A stretch of 64,000 nucleotides of DNA from positions 284,262-348,261 of the forward strand of contig NMRA01000469.1 of NCBI GenBank assembly GCA_002633005.1. Reading direction: 5' to 3'. Positions 26,223 through 38,902 of the stretch are shown piece after piece. This stretch comes from Phoronis australis (Eukaryota > Animalia > Phoronida). The notes under the pieces were generated by a model. That model had not been told where the DNA came from and did no database searches. It saw only the letters and a list, made by a program, of their open reading frames with translations. The stretch's first letter is position 1; each line of letters begins with the position of its first letter. Made by a program: the position numbers and the translations under genes.

Positions 26223-29200
26223 GACCACTGAAAAAATTTTTGCTGTACAAATTTTCTCGAATTTTCGAAATACATGCATGAATGATTAAGTGCACATTTT
26301 CAAGAGCGCTTAGACGACGTATGCTGCAAAAACGGAGACCCTAACAATAATTGTCCTGGTCAGGGCCCTGAAATGGTAAACCATACACTGATACCGAGTT
26401 GTCAAAGTTATCTTGAGTTTTCTCTCTGATCAGTATTCGAAGACTTTCTTTTTTGTCTTTCCCCAACCACACACCTTTGTCGGTTGCCATGGTTTAACCC
26501 TGAGGCATGCAATTTTTTTGGGGTGGCACTCGCCCTCCCCCGCTTACTAAGGTCCTGATGCAAGGAGTCCATCTTTGGTCCAAGGTCAATGTTGTGTTTC
26601 AACACGCACTCGTTGTATAGCTTGAGCATTAAATTAAAGGTTTAAGAAATACAGGAGCAGTTTTGCACATTTAGTTGTGCGTGTAAAAGCGTTTATGGAT
26701 TCGTACTGAATTTGTTGCTGCAACTTGTCTCATGGGCCTGTACCTGGCACGTGACCACAAATGTGGACACTAATTCCGCTATTGCGCAAGTCGACTGTAG
26801 CAAGGTGGCCATTGAAAATGTAAGGCAGCACCAGGCCAGTGGGCGTGTGTGACAGCTCGGATTTCTAGTCTCTTATTATGAAAACCATTGAAGGCAATTA
26901 TCAGCACCTGCAAACAAGAATTTTGAAGTATGGAGAATTTCAAAAGGAGTTAGCTATAGACTTAGTCGCGAAGCTGCCGACATTCCAGCCACGGTTACTG
27001 CCGGTCCTTCGAAGCAATTATAGCACATATATACGAATTTTTAAGAATGGCAAGGGTGCGTTTTGTGTTGACGGAAATGTCCATGGCGTCGAGGAATCTG
27101 AGGAATTTAATGATGAACAACTGTTGTGGCTTAATTTGGAAAAACACTTAGCAAAACTAAATTCCAGGTATGCATACTGTGGCGGAATTAAGAAATACGA
27201 TTATGGCAGTGCTAATTGTAGCAGAGCCACAAAGTGTGCTAAAATGGTAGAAAATTAGGCATAACATTTCTGTAGCAGATAAAAGGTTGACTGGCGCAGG
27301 AGAAGGCCGATGTCTTCAATGCTCAGAAAAATTTCGGCAGGCAAGAGACTTGCGTCCGGGCATTCTAAAGGAAAGAACTGCAACCAATTCCAGCAACTTC
27401 TCTCACCCGACGTCGTTGTTTTACGATACCGCAACATCAAACAACGTCAAAGAAACAAAACGCGGAGGGTGAGATATTACAGAGTATTAATATTTATTCT
27501 TGAATACAGGTGTCCACCTCAAAATGAATTTCCCACGGTCATTCTTTATGCCGATAGCAATGTTTTCGTCAACTGAAGAAGAACAGGAACCATAGACACC
27601 CCGCGCGCTGCGTCCACGGTTCTGACACTTCAAACTTTTGTCAACACGATAGGTAGCCGCAGAAAGTTCGATGTTGACCTCATTCTAATCTTCTCTGCAA
27701 TCCACAGTCTGGGGACGAAAACAATCCAATCCGCTCCTCGAAATAGGGCTTGCTTAGCTGGAATTCAGAACTGCGGTCATTAGAGTGTTTTCACCTCCTG
27801 ATTGCGAAGCGATCAAGTTAGCTGTGGTATCTTCATCAGCGCGTGCTCTCAGCGAGAAGTCACCGCTTTATCCACTCAAGCGCTCGACAACAACTAAACT
27901 GACGAGAGTCTCAGAACTCCCACATGCAAATTTGATATGCAAATGAGGGAGTACTTGACTACTGCGCCATCTATATGTCGACGGAAATGCTTAAATACCC
28001 GTGACTACGTGTGGGAAGTTGCGATTGCGTGCGCTGAAGTCGATATTTTCAAAGTACAATTACCGGTACACCACTGTTTAAGGTTGCAAAGTGATTTTTT
28101 TGATATCCTTCTATAGAAAAAGATTTAATCTCTCTGATAAAATCATCTGTTTCCTTTTAAACGAAACTTTAAGTCCTGAAATTAGTCCGGGGAAGGAGGC
28201 CAAAAACGGTGGTTTAGGTAGTTGTCCCTTTCTGGTTATCTCTTCCTGCTACAACTTAATAGCTGTGAATCGACCTCTTTAAAGAAGAGGTGGATTTGAC
28301 ATGGGCTGAGAAAAAAGAGGGGTAGGGTTTACCCAAGAGAGAATAACACAAACCCAATGGGTGTTCTTATACCCTTGAATGGGCTTACAAATTAGTGGAT
28401 GTGGTAATGTAATGCATCATTCTCTACTTACACTTTAGTGCCTTCTTGAAACGACCTTACTTAGAGGCAAGGCTCTGCATCCTACTTATTTATGAACATG
28501 GCGTTTTGCTGTGAGCCACTGAGCAACAACTCAACCAATACGTTTCATGGCAATGCTGAACTGATAAAGGAATGTGTTCATGCCATTAGACGATACCCTG
28601 TGTGCAAATTAAATGTAAGATTTTGCAATTAATAGATCTAGCGAATTAATGTCTTAAGCCAGGTTGATGTGTCGGTGACCTGGCTCAGTGGCTGCGCCGA
28701 ACACAATGTAAAAAATGCCCAACAACTAGCTGTCCAGACAAAGATATATTTCATCTGTTTGTGGTAATGTTTCTGATCTCAAATCGCATTTCTACAACAA
28801 TTTACTGTAATTCAAAATGATATGTTGCTCGCTTGTCTTGCACTCATTTACACTATACCTGTAAGTTACCACCAGCGAATGCTAGCTGCATTCGGCTCTG
28901 AAATATAAAGGTTTGTCGTCTAATCTGGTGAACGCTTCCCTGAATTTTGTAGTAAAAATGCCCATGTGGCCGTCGTAATCTGGTAACAGCTGCACATTTT
29001 TTTTAAATGTCAATTTAAGGTCAGTGACTTGGTGATTGCTTACTTCAGGGGTTAGGTCTAAATGTTAAATCAAAATCCCAAGTGACCAGAAAAAAATCTT
29101 GTGTGTGCCTAGCAACTAGGCTACTCGTCTTTATTGTGTTGCATTGTTTAATAAATTTACTAAAATGTTAACTATCTAAATAAATCGTATTACTAATTGT

Positions 29201-29692
29201 AAAATAAGTTGAGATAGAAACATAGGACGAGAGCATATGCAATTTCTGTCCCTTGCTACGTCAGTTTTCATCATGAATGTTGGAAAAGAGCATCAGTCTG
29301 GTGATAGCAACACAGAATCATACGAAGGCAATGAGTTGTGAATCTGTTGGCTATAATCTATGGTTAAATGTAGTAATATCTTCACCGTGAACTCTTACTG
29401 TGCTTGTCCATGGCGATGCAAGTGGAACATCCAACCTCAGTGTCGCGAGCTCATGACACTAATGACACACTAGTGACACACTTCTGTGTAAGTAGGGAAT
29501 ATGTGGTTTCTACTTAAGTTTGTGACATAAAATGTGGGGAAGCGAAAAGACAAAATTTGCTTTTTCACATAATTGAAAATATGATGAAACAACCCACAGT
29601 TGTGATATTGCCATTATTCTTTGAGAGGAACATCTAGACACTTTCATAATGAATGGCATTAGCCCATAACATACACATTATGTTTGGTCATT

Positions 29693-29811
29693 AAAGTTGT
29701 GTACTCCCCTCCTGGGGTAGGGGTTCATGAAAGTTGTGTACTCCCCTCCTGGGGTAGGGGTTCATGAAAGTTGTGTACTCCCCTCCTGGGGTAGGGGTTC
29801 ATGAAAGTTGT
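29693..29811. repeat. Minisatellite, 37-bp unit x3
   Basis: aaagttgtgtactcccctcctggggtaggggttcatg, head to tail with no spacers. Confidence 0.95.
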
Positions 29812-30613
29812 ACGTTTTATACACTTGCTTGTAGAAATGTTGATAATAGTGTAGTCTCCCTTATTTTTGTAAACTGAGAAATATAATATTGTTATTTCTT
29901 GACGTTTAATTTCTTGTCTGAAAGATATTGTTTTACATGTTGTACATTTCACTGGAAAAGACATTGTTTTAACTTGAGAAATTGTTTCCAAATAGAGGGC
30001 GCCACCCTAAATGCATGTGGTAAAACTGCTGCCTAATTTTAGTATTGAGATGTAGTCATCCTTTTTTACGTCAATTGCATAATAATTAAAAATCTCAAAA
30101 ATTATCTTTCGAGCACAAAGTTGAGTATGGGTAGTTGGCAAGAAGCCAGGAAGGGATCTGAATTTAAGAAGCTTATTACGTATAAAATTGTGCTGAATGT
30201 TGCTTCTGGCTTGTGAACACATCAAGTTATGGGGGGGGGAGGTAAGGAACCAAAAGCTCTAACTGTAAATTAAGGTGGGAAACAACTGTGCAGAATGATG
30301 CAAAACATGGGCCTTGCACCGCATAGTGCTGCAGGACTGGAGTGAATGTGCACGAGAGTTTCTCACATTTTTTGTATGAAGTGGTATTTTGCGAATCTCA
30401 CTAAAGATAACCATTAAGTAAATTAACAGTGTTACATGATTATGGTTTATGATCTGTACACTTTGTGATAAGGATGATTTGCTTTGGNGCTATAGGCCCC
30501 CACTTTTTTCAGTGTTGTGCTGCCCATGTTTGGTAAGGCTGAAATACGTAATATTGTACGTAATATGTCTAGAGTTCATTGTTTTGATGGCATACTTGAG
30601 ACAACATACTTGA

Positions 30614-30778
<165 letters not shown>

Positions 30779-31495
30779 TGAAAGTTAATCTCTAGAATTT
30801 TGTTGTGGGTTAAGTGTTCTTTTACATAGTGATAGTACAAAGCAAAATTCCATACTTTCCTAGTAAACCTACCTCCTGGCTTGCACTGGCCATCATGTAT
30901 TTCCGAGTTCTGAAGAAAACAGATGTTGTAAATTTTTTAACTCCTATCTCTGAAATCAATATAAAATACGCTTGAAAGACTATTGAACAAAAACTACCCA
31001 AACCCAACCCTTGCAATGCAATATGTGTATTTGTAAAATGCCCTCAAATCCTCATTGCAACAATGTCACCTACAGGATTTTGTGTTTGATAATTTGAACA
31101 ACTTTCAGGATTTTTTCAACTGTAGACCTTTGAAGTGTTCATGAAAAGTAAATCTGCTGAAAGTCTGTTGTCCCTAAGCAATTAGATTTAGACCACTTAA
31201 AGTTATGAAATTAATCTCAACTCGTTCCTAACTCAAGTGGAATGAGATTTTTTGGATAATTTATTAGTGCTAGATACCAAGCTCAAGAAATTGCTTTGTC
31301 ATTTTGTGCACTGGGCATGCTCTCAATGACCGTTTTTTTAAGTCCAGAAACCACTGCTGGTAATGACTTTAAACATTTTACATCATACTATACTGCTTGA
31401 TGTGTATTTACAAGTAGAGAGGAAAAATGTTCTGAAACATTTTGGACAACTACTTGTGGCATTAAATTCCAGTAAATACACTTTTTCAATTGCAG

Positions 31496-31753
31496 GAGTG
31501 GGGAGCTTCATGTCCACATGAATTTGTCGGTGCTTACAAACTAGAGTATGACATGTCATGGACGCCTTATGACGAAATTCCTCGACGTGAAGAAGAACTC
31601 GCTCTCATTGACAAAGTGCTCAACGCCCAAACCTCCATCACTGCTGCTGCAATAACAATGACACAGAATAACCATGACATGCACAAGGTGCCCAGTAGTG
31701 TGACTATTGAAGAGTTGGATATGGAGTCCCACACCAGTCTTGGCTCAGGATAA
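31496..31753 (+). CDS. C1orf50: C1orf50 homolog last coding exon (EWGASCPHEFVGAYKLEYDMSWTP...stop)
   Basis: ttgcag acceptor. EWG..CPH.F.GAYKL..D.SWTP motif. TAA at 31751-31753. Confidence 0.93.
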   Translation, partial: EWGASCPHEFVGAYKLEYDMSWTPYDEIPRREEELALIDKVLNAQTSITAAAITMTQNNHDMHKVPSSVTIEELDMESHTSLGSG

Positions 31754-32391
31754 CTAGCTGACGATGTTCTGTGATGGTGACTGTATACATTGTGCATTTA
31801 AGTTGAATGAAATGATCATTGAATGTAATAATTCATGAATTAAAGGACTGTAGTCATGTTCCTTCAACCACTATGATGTGTTTCTTTGTATGTAGGTTTC
31901 ATAAATGCTATACCAGTCTGGAGATTCAATGCGAAATTAAAGTTAATTCAGAATTTGAGAAGCACAAGTCCTCAGCACTTAGTTCTTCACAAAATAAATT
32001 TTCAATGATACTTGAACAGTTACACTGTGCTGTACCATAAACTGCTATCATGTCTGTGGAAATAAAGTTGTCTTCCGTTATCTGAACTGTATGAATAATA
32101 GGGCAAAATAATTGAAGCAAATTATGTTTAAGGTATCGACTTAAATTCTTATTGCATACTTCATCTATGGGATGTAAAGCGCACCAGTTCTCAGACGCTG
32201 CTTTGTTCGACAGAGTAGTAATGATCAACACACCTAGGATCTTATTTAGCAAATTACAAATCAAAACTTCAGGAAACTCACTAATTCTCGCGCTATTTTG
32301 CAAAGATCCCTTCCTTGTTCTGGGGAATGATAACAGACTTGTTCCTGCGAGAATTGTTAACCTCTATTAGTGTACCATAGAACTTAGGGGC

Positions 32392-32790
32392 CCAGTGCCT
32401 GGTTGCATAAAACAGTATTGGTACCAAATAGCGACTCGACCAAGTTCCTTAAATCTTGCGTTTTTGAAAATACCGGATTGTCTTGTCATATACCATTTTA
32501 GTTTCACTACTAAGTCAATTTTTGACTTGTGTAACAAATCGAGTTAACTATACATTGAATTCTAAATGTTTTTGAAAATAAGTAGGTAGCTCTTCATGCA
32601 ACATTCGTTATACAAGGACCAAGCCCCCATTTATTTTCATTGAACTGAGGACTCCAACAGAGGAGTTCACAAAAAATATAAAATGATAGAAAAAGATTAC
32701 ACCAGTCGGCAAAGAACGGCACAATTACACAAAAGATTTATGGAACTTAGCAGTCTCCATTTGGGATCCTTTCATGCAACTGGGCACTGG
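32392..32790. mobile_element. MITE (PIF/Harbinger-like ends) downstream of the C1orf50 stop
   Basis: ccagtgcctggttgcataaaa ... tttcatgcaactgggcactgg. Confidence 0.65.
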
Positions 32791-33055
32791 ACCACTTTTC
32801 ATTCTTAAGTTTGCATTTGTAATGTGCCGACTAGATGGACCATTGCATCCCTTTGATGTTCCTCAATGGACTTTTGTAATGAGTGTAAACATGAATATTG
32901 GTCAGTGAAGTCCAGTAAGTTCTTTTTACTCATAATGCAGTTGTTGTTATTCAGCATTTCTCATTTGAACAGCTGAAAGCTACTGAATAGCAGTTGGCAG
33001 TAGCTACAATGGCAGCATGTGAAATCTTAACATTAATAGCAAGACAACAAAATTG

Positions 33056-33073
33056 AATAAAAATATATTTATT
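33056..33073. terminator. Back-to-back AATAAA poly(A) signals, candidates for both convergent genes
   Basis: AATAAA at 33056-33061 on + and TTTATT at 33068-33073 (AATAAA on -), lying between the two stop codons. Confidence 0.45.
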
Positions 33074-34223
33074 TAAAGTAAAGAAGTGCATGAAAACAGT
33101 TTATAGTTTATAATTATAATAATAACAGGCTGTCACACGATTCAAATATCAATGAACAAAGCTTCAGTAAACATTTCCAAGAGAACTTAAAAATTACAAA
33201 GTTTCCTTTTGAACATCACGGCTATAGCCCGCAGCAGAACTTGGAATGTTTTTGAAGAGCATCATCAAAGTAATTCACAATCTACTTGGCCTTGCATATC
33301 AACGCAATCTCCACAAAATAACACACCAACAAATTAGAAACACAATCGACCTAATTCCAACAAACAATTAAGACACCAGACAAGTTGACTCCCGTGATCA
33401 AATTTTCTTCATTATCCAATCAAATAACAGAAGTGAGAGACGTATAATGTGAACATCAGAATTCTCATGAACAGTGAATGCTCGGCGATTGTGCTATGAA
33501 TAATTATAGTAAATTTCTAAATTCATCATTAGGGTATTGACTTATTGCTCCTTAATTGCAATTAGCAACTACTAATTAACTGAAGTGAACTCATAAGTAC
33601 TGCAAAATTAGAGTTAACAAACGCTCGCATCATTAAATAGGTACAGGTGATTGCAACTGAACACGCACTATAACAACTCGACAAATAGCACCTTTTAATA
33701 AGCATTGACTGTTGAAGACAACAGCTACACTTTAAAGTTATGCAGCACACAGCTCCGTTATGCACTCCTTCACAAGTCACCAATTCTAATGCTGTTTCCA
33801 AAGCTTAGAGCACTGTCTAGTCTGAATGTAGCCTGCAAATAATACAAGATAGCAACAGAATTGTAAAAATGATGAGTTAAAGGAAATAAATACTTCAAAC
33901 ATAATTCATTATTACAGTCAAACCTGCACTGAACCTGACTTATAACATTCCTTTGTTTATGACAATGCACTCCACAAGTACCATGAGGACAATTATGTTG
34001 TATAGAAGTTGGTTTGGTTGCAGCGAACTAATCTGTGATGGCGTGACCCAGAATGTTTTTAAACTTTCAGGAGGTAGTTGTAAAATGGAACAACTGTACT
34101 TGGAAAAATTCTTATGCCTTCTGACAAGACTTGAAGCCTAATCAGACGGACTGAAAAGACCCAGATTTAAAGATGCTGTTTTTCAATAACAGTTGTCTCC
34201 AAGAAGGCAGTTCTTTTAAATAA

Positions 34224-35639
34224 CACAGGTGAGAAACAACATGACCGCCGGTCCTCTTAAAATGAACCGACTCACACAGGACCTCCGGGGATCAAATGGG
34301 ACCGTCGCACCAGAAAATGGTACTGACAAACCTAAAAACATGACTGCCCCACCAGAAAGCAGGACCGCCGGGGACTGAACATGACCGCCGGGGATTGAAA
34401 CTGCAATGACAAACAAGCTAAGATTTATTATCGGTAGGCCTACACAGATCATACAATGGAGCTATATACGTATGCATATGCAGGTCTTGTGCCAGTTAAT
34501 CCAACGAAATCTTTTGTGTGCTACAGGACACTTCGCTTTGTAACACGCGGCGCTTTTGAGTTTTAACCACAAACCAACCACGTTGCACGCTTTTGAGCTA
34601 AATAATTATAACTTTATCCACTGCTTAAGTTTTAGAACAAAATGAAAATCGTTTTCTCCAATGTGATGTTTTAGTCAAAAAAATAACAAAAAATAGGCGT
34701 TCTGGTTCTCCGGTGAAACATCATAACTAGCCTTTGTGCGGCAAAGCAGTATACTAAATATACAGCTTGGCGCCGATGTGGGTAAAACACAGCACATACG
34801 AAATCTTCACTGAATTAGTGTTATTAACGACACTCTTCCTAGAGTAAACTAAATTATTTATCGGCACTCGCCAGGAAAATTTGTCGTTCTTTTAGGTTGG
34901 TTTACATTGACCAGTTCCTTTTTTCACCGATTCTTCAGTCAGCTCTTCTTCTCTTCTACGAGATTGCGTACATGGCACAAAAAATTATCGGAACTGGTTT
35001 CATTTTGTCATAAGCTTTTAGTATTTTAATACTAGCAAACCGAATTTCAGAACAAATCGGTACTGTTTCGAAGTTGAGTCATCATCTTCCGAAAGATGTC
35101 GCAAAATTTTAGGAAATGGCGCGTGCTCATGTTACGAGCGTGACAAACTTTTGTTACAATAGGCAAACAAATGATGTTCATTAGATTGTTTTTCACTCAA
35201 GCGGCTGCAACCTACAAGGTTAGTGTTCATTGACTCCTAGATTTGGCATGTGCCTGCTCCGCTTGCTAGCTCTACATGTCGATATAAGTTTCACGTGACG
35301 AGGTGATGAGCAGAACTATACCCGGGCTGTGGGAAATTTCGGGGATGTAATGGAGCTCAATAACGCAGTGCTACCAAGTTTTATTTTTGTGAGTCTTTTC
35401 ACAGCTAGCTGACCGGTTACGTCATAACCCGCAGTATCATACAAAGGCCTTGATAACTACATTTTGTCCGGTGGTCATGTTCAGTCCCCGGCGGTTCTGT
35501 TTTGTGGTGGGGTGGTCATGTTTTTAGGTGCGTCAGTCCCATTTTCTGGTGCGGCGGTACCATTTGATTCCCGGAGGTCCTGTTTTGGGTGAGTCAGTCA
35601 GATTTAGAGGACCGGCGGTCATGTTGTTTCTCACCCGTG
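34224..35639. mobile_element. Non-autonomous TIR element with CAC...GTG termini and 5-bp TSD (Transib-like)
   Basis: Imperfect TIRs of about 165 bp beginning CAC(A/G)GGTGAGAAACAACATGACCGCCGG; TSD AATAA at 34219-34223 and 35640-35644. Confidence 0.8.
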
Positions 35640-35723
35640 AATAATATAAGTTTAAAAATTACTGACTGTAGCGATGAAAAAGAAACATAAATGCTCGATT
35701 CAAAACAAGCGCAGCCAGAAAAA

Positions 35724-35882
35724 TCACTTTTTACAATTTCCATTCACGTACTTGTTGTGGTTGACAACATCAATGTGCTCTTGCCTCACTCTTGCTGTCT
35801 TGAGTGTGATTGAAATCAGCAGGGACACCACTGGCCAGCACATGAACAAGATGTGACCGATGAAGTAAATGGAGGAATAAAA
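35724..35882 (-). CDS. LPCAT3: LPCAT3-like last coding exon (FYSSIYFIGHILF...YVNGNCKK stop)
   Basis: ttttcag acceptor. Y.SIYF.GHI motif. TGA at 35726-35724. Confidence 0.9.
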   Translation of the reverse strand, partial: FYSSIYFIGHILFMCWPVVSLLISITLKTARVRQEHIDVVNHNKYVNGNCKK

Positions 35883-36624
35883 CTGAAAAATAAGACATAT
35901 CAACTATAAGAATGCCTTATTTTGTCTTACTGTAGGAGTCCAAGACAAAGGCAACAGAGAGCATCTGATCAAAACAGACCACAACAATGCCAGTGATAGA
36001 GGCCAAGCCCATTGTGAATGAAAACATCAATTATGAATTTCCGGGATTGTTTGATTTAACTGAAATGCAGTTGCCATCTAGACCAATCACTCACTGCGTA
36101 ACGTACGGGGACAGTACCAAGTAACACATGACTTCAAAACAAGTGTTGCTTCTCTCTCATTCTCACAGCAAGTATTACATAAAACTGCATCTCTAGAAAT
36201 TTTGGAACCACTGTGCGTTTAATGTTTACAGCTCTGACCATAACCACATTCTTCCATAAAATGCCCAATAGATGCGGACACTGAAATATGGCTGACAGGG
36301 ACGAATACTCAACGACCCACCATATTTTTAGTCAGAGCTCAGTTGAACAAAAGAGTTGAAGAATAAAGAAATTTAATTGTTCAGGTTGGAAATTCTCAAT
36401 CAAGACTAAAATATTTATTATAACTTTTCAGCTGTCACAAGCAACCATGATAAAATGCAGACCACTAGACTTGGCGTTGTGGACTGGGCTGTCGCATAAA
36501 TTACTAATAACTTCCAGAACATTAAGGAATCTACATCTCTAAGTTGGTATTTATACATTATAGTTATCGACCATAGCATTAACTGACAAACTATTGAATG
36601 CCAGTGAGAGTTGACTACATTTAC

Positions 36625-36783
36625 CTTCCAGCACATATCTGAAGTAAGTAACACAAAGCTGGCCAATGGGTAGGCAAGGAATGTGTGGAGAAATAGCTTC
36701 TTGAGAACAAACGCAACTGGCTTCACGACAGGATGAACAAAGAATGAGGCCACTGCAGGCTGCTTCTGAACCAGTCTGGTCAC
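36625..36783 (-). CDS. LPCAT3: LPCAT3-like penultimate coding exon (VTRLVQKQP...LASFVLLTSDMCWK)
   Basis: tgcag acceptor, gtaaat donor, 159 nt in phase 0, hydrophobic. Confidence 0.85.
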
Positions 36784-36999
36784 CTGCAGGGCAACAACGA
36801 GATACAAATGCAAGCATACCTTGAAATCCATGCACTTGAAGGAGACATGGCAGTTTACCTTATAATATACCGATTTGCCACAAAACAAAACAAAACATAA
36901 TCAAAAAAAAATTAAAATTAAATAATTATGTTCAACAGGATCATGGTACTCACTAAAAATCCTTAAGCACTCATCTTTGAGATCCCTGCCTTCTTGAAG

Positions 37000-37230
37000 A
37001 ATGGTGTAATGATCACAATGGTGCAATGATTACTCATGGTGTAATGATTACAATGGTGTAATGATTACTTATGGTGTAATGATTACAATGGTGCAATGAT
37101 TACTTATGGTGTAATGATTACAATGGTGTAATGATTACAATGGTGCAATGATTACTTATGGTGTAATGATTACATTGGTGCAATGATTACTTATGGTGTA
37201 ATGATTACAATGGTGTAATGATTACAATGG
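37000..37230. repeat. Minisatellite, 17-18-bp unit (aatggtg(t/c)aatgattac)
   Basis: About 13 tandem copies, visible directly. Confidence 0.92.
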
Positions 37231-37257
37231 TGGGACAGGTGGAGCTTCCCACTGGGC

Positions 37258-37842
37258 TGTTGTGAGATCTGAACAATACTAGCAATTCACACAATAGACA
37301 CAGCAAACCTGCCTCTCCATGTCTATTGTGAAATCTGTCCAATACTAGCAATCCACACAATAGACACAGCAAACCTGTCTCTCCATGTCTATTGGGATAT
37401 CTGAACAATACTACCAGTCCACACAATAGANTACTTATGGTGTAATGATTACAATGGTGTAATGATTACAATGGTGGGACAGGTGGAGCTTCCCACTGGG
37501 CTGTTGTGAGATCTGAACAATACTAGCAATTCACACAATAGACACAGCAAACCTGCCACCTCCATGTCTATTGTGAAATCTGACCAATACTAGCAATCCA
37601 CACAATAGACACAGCAAACCTGTCTCTCCATGTCTATTGGGATATCTGACCAATACTAGCAATCCACACAACAGACACAGCAAATCTGCCACCTCAGTGT
37701 TTATTGTGAGATCTGAACAATACTACCAATCCACACAACAGACACAGCAAATCTGCCACCTCAGTGTCTATTGTGAGATCTGACCAATACTAGCAATCCA
37801 CACAATAGACACAGCAAACCTGCCATCTACATGTCTATTGAG
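37258..37842. repeat. Minisatellite, 66-67-bp unit
   Basis: gtgagatctgaacaatactagcaatccacacaatagacacagcaaacctg...gtctatt repeated, interrupted by the single-N join at 37431. Confidence 0.9.
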
Positions 37843-38368
37843 TGACAGATTCAACACTTGAATGAAGATGACCTCCTTGACGGCCCTTTTCAAACAGTTC
37901 TTTTACCTCAAAATTTTCAACGTTCTAATTAACGACCTTGCATGTGAATAGTCACAATGGTTATGACAATGTTGAAATTTTAGCAGGAACAAGAACTGGT
38001 TTGAAAGAGACTTCAAGGAAACCAGCTTCATAAGGACATTGAATTCATCACTCAATAAACACAGAGGGGGGCAAGTTTGCTCTATTTACTACTTGGAACG
38101 CAAGTATTCATTGTATCTCGCGAAAGCACACCAGGAGGCTCCACCTGTCCCACCATAAGTCATTCCACCATTTCTCAAGAAGGGAGCAGGATGTTCCCAC
38201 GGGCTTAGGATTTTTAGTAAGTATGGCAGCTCAATTGAACAGATTCGATTTCATATCTTTTTGATAACAAACCTTCCAAGATAAACAGACTTACGTCTCA
38301 AGAAAATAAAACACACTACTTAAAGAACATTCTGCATTGGGTAAATTAAAATAGTTTTGAGCACTCAC

Positions 38369-38516
38369 ATCAGTTTCAAACTTCATAATGAAGAACTCCA
38401 GTAAGAAATTGTTGAAGTATCCGGTGTGTAATCCATGCCAGAGAGCTAGGTAAAACAGGGTGATGCATTGAGAAACATTGCGGTTCCCCAAAAACTTGAG
38501 CCGTTTGAACACGTAC
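38369..38516 (-). CDS. LPCAT3: LPCAT3-like exon with catalytic His (YVFKRLKFLGNR...FYLALWHGLHTGYF...ETD)
   Basis: tag acceptor and gtgagt donor. FKRLKFLGN and LALWHG.H.GY motifs. Confidence 0.96.
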
Positions 38517-38902
38517 CTAGAATGAACAAATGAAGTGTATGAATTGACTACATCACTGCTACTACTACCATCAAAACATCCACTGTATGTCATCCTAGCA
38601 TTGAATTTTAAAAATAACAACATGCCAAGTACATATCTACAGCATGTATTGACAAATTGAGATGCATTGGATATGTGCAAATGTTAAGGCCAACAGTTCA
38701 AAAACTTAAGGTTATCTCAAACCTTATTTAATGGCCTTCATTCAAACTTGTTTATCAAAAAAACTAAGCTCTGTCAACTAGTAAAAGTATATATTTTCTG
38801 AAAGAACAAAGACAAGGAAATATAAATACTTTTTGTATTTTGATTTTTCCATATTTTCATGATTTCCAGAGAAAATTGGCTATTTTCTTACAAGAAATTA
38901 AG

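Larger units (their letters stand above)
24615..28248. mobile_element. 3.6-kb TIR transposon with 7-bp TSD (P/Galileo-like) in C1orf50 intron 3
   Basis: TIR caggaagagataaccag(g/a)aagggacaact at both ends, exact TSD CTACAAC (24608-24614 and 28249-28255), degenerate Cys-containing ORF at 26878-27360. Confidence 0.85.
36949..38221. mobile_element. TA-flanked TIR element containing two minisatellite arrays
   Basis: TA|CTCACTAAAAATCC ... GGATTTTTAGTAAG|TA; the TIR extends to atggtgggacaggtggagc / gctccacctgtcccaccat. Confidence 0.75.

Noticed and set aside
29693-29811. 37-bp repeats of CRISPR-like length
   Set aside because: No spacers, eukaryotic intron and no cas genes; a plain minisatellite.
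37188-37660. 244-bp direct duplication across the N at 37431
   Set aside because: The junction is a single N, so probably a scaffolding overlap artefact.
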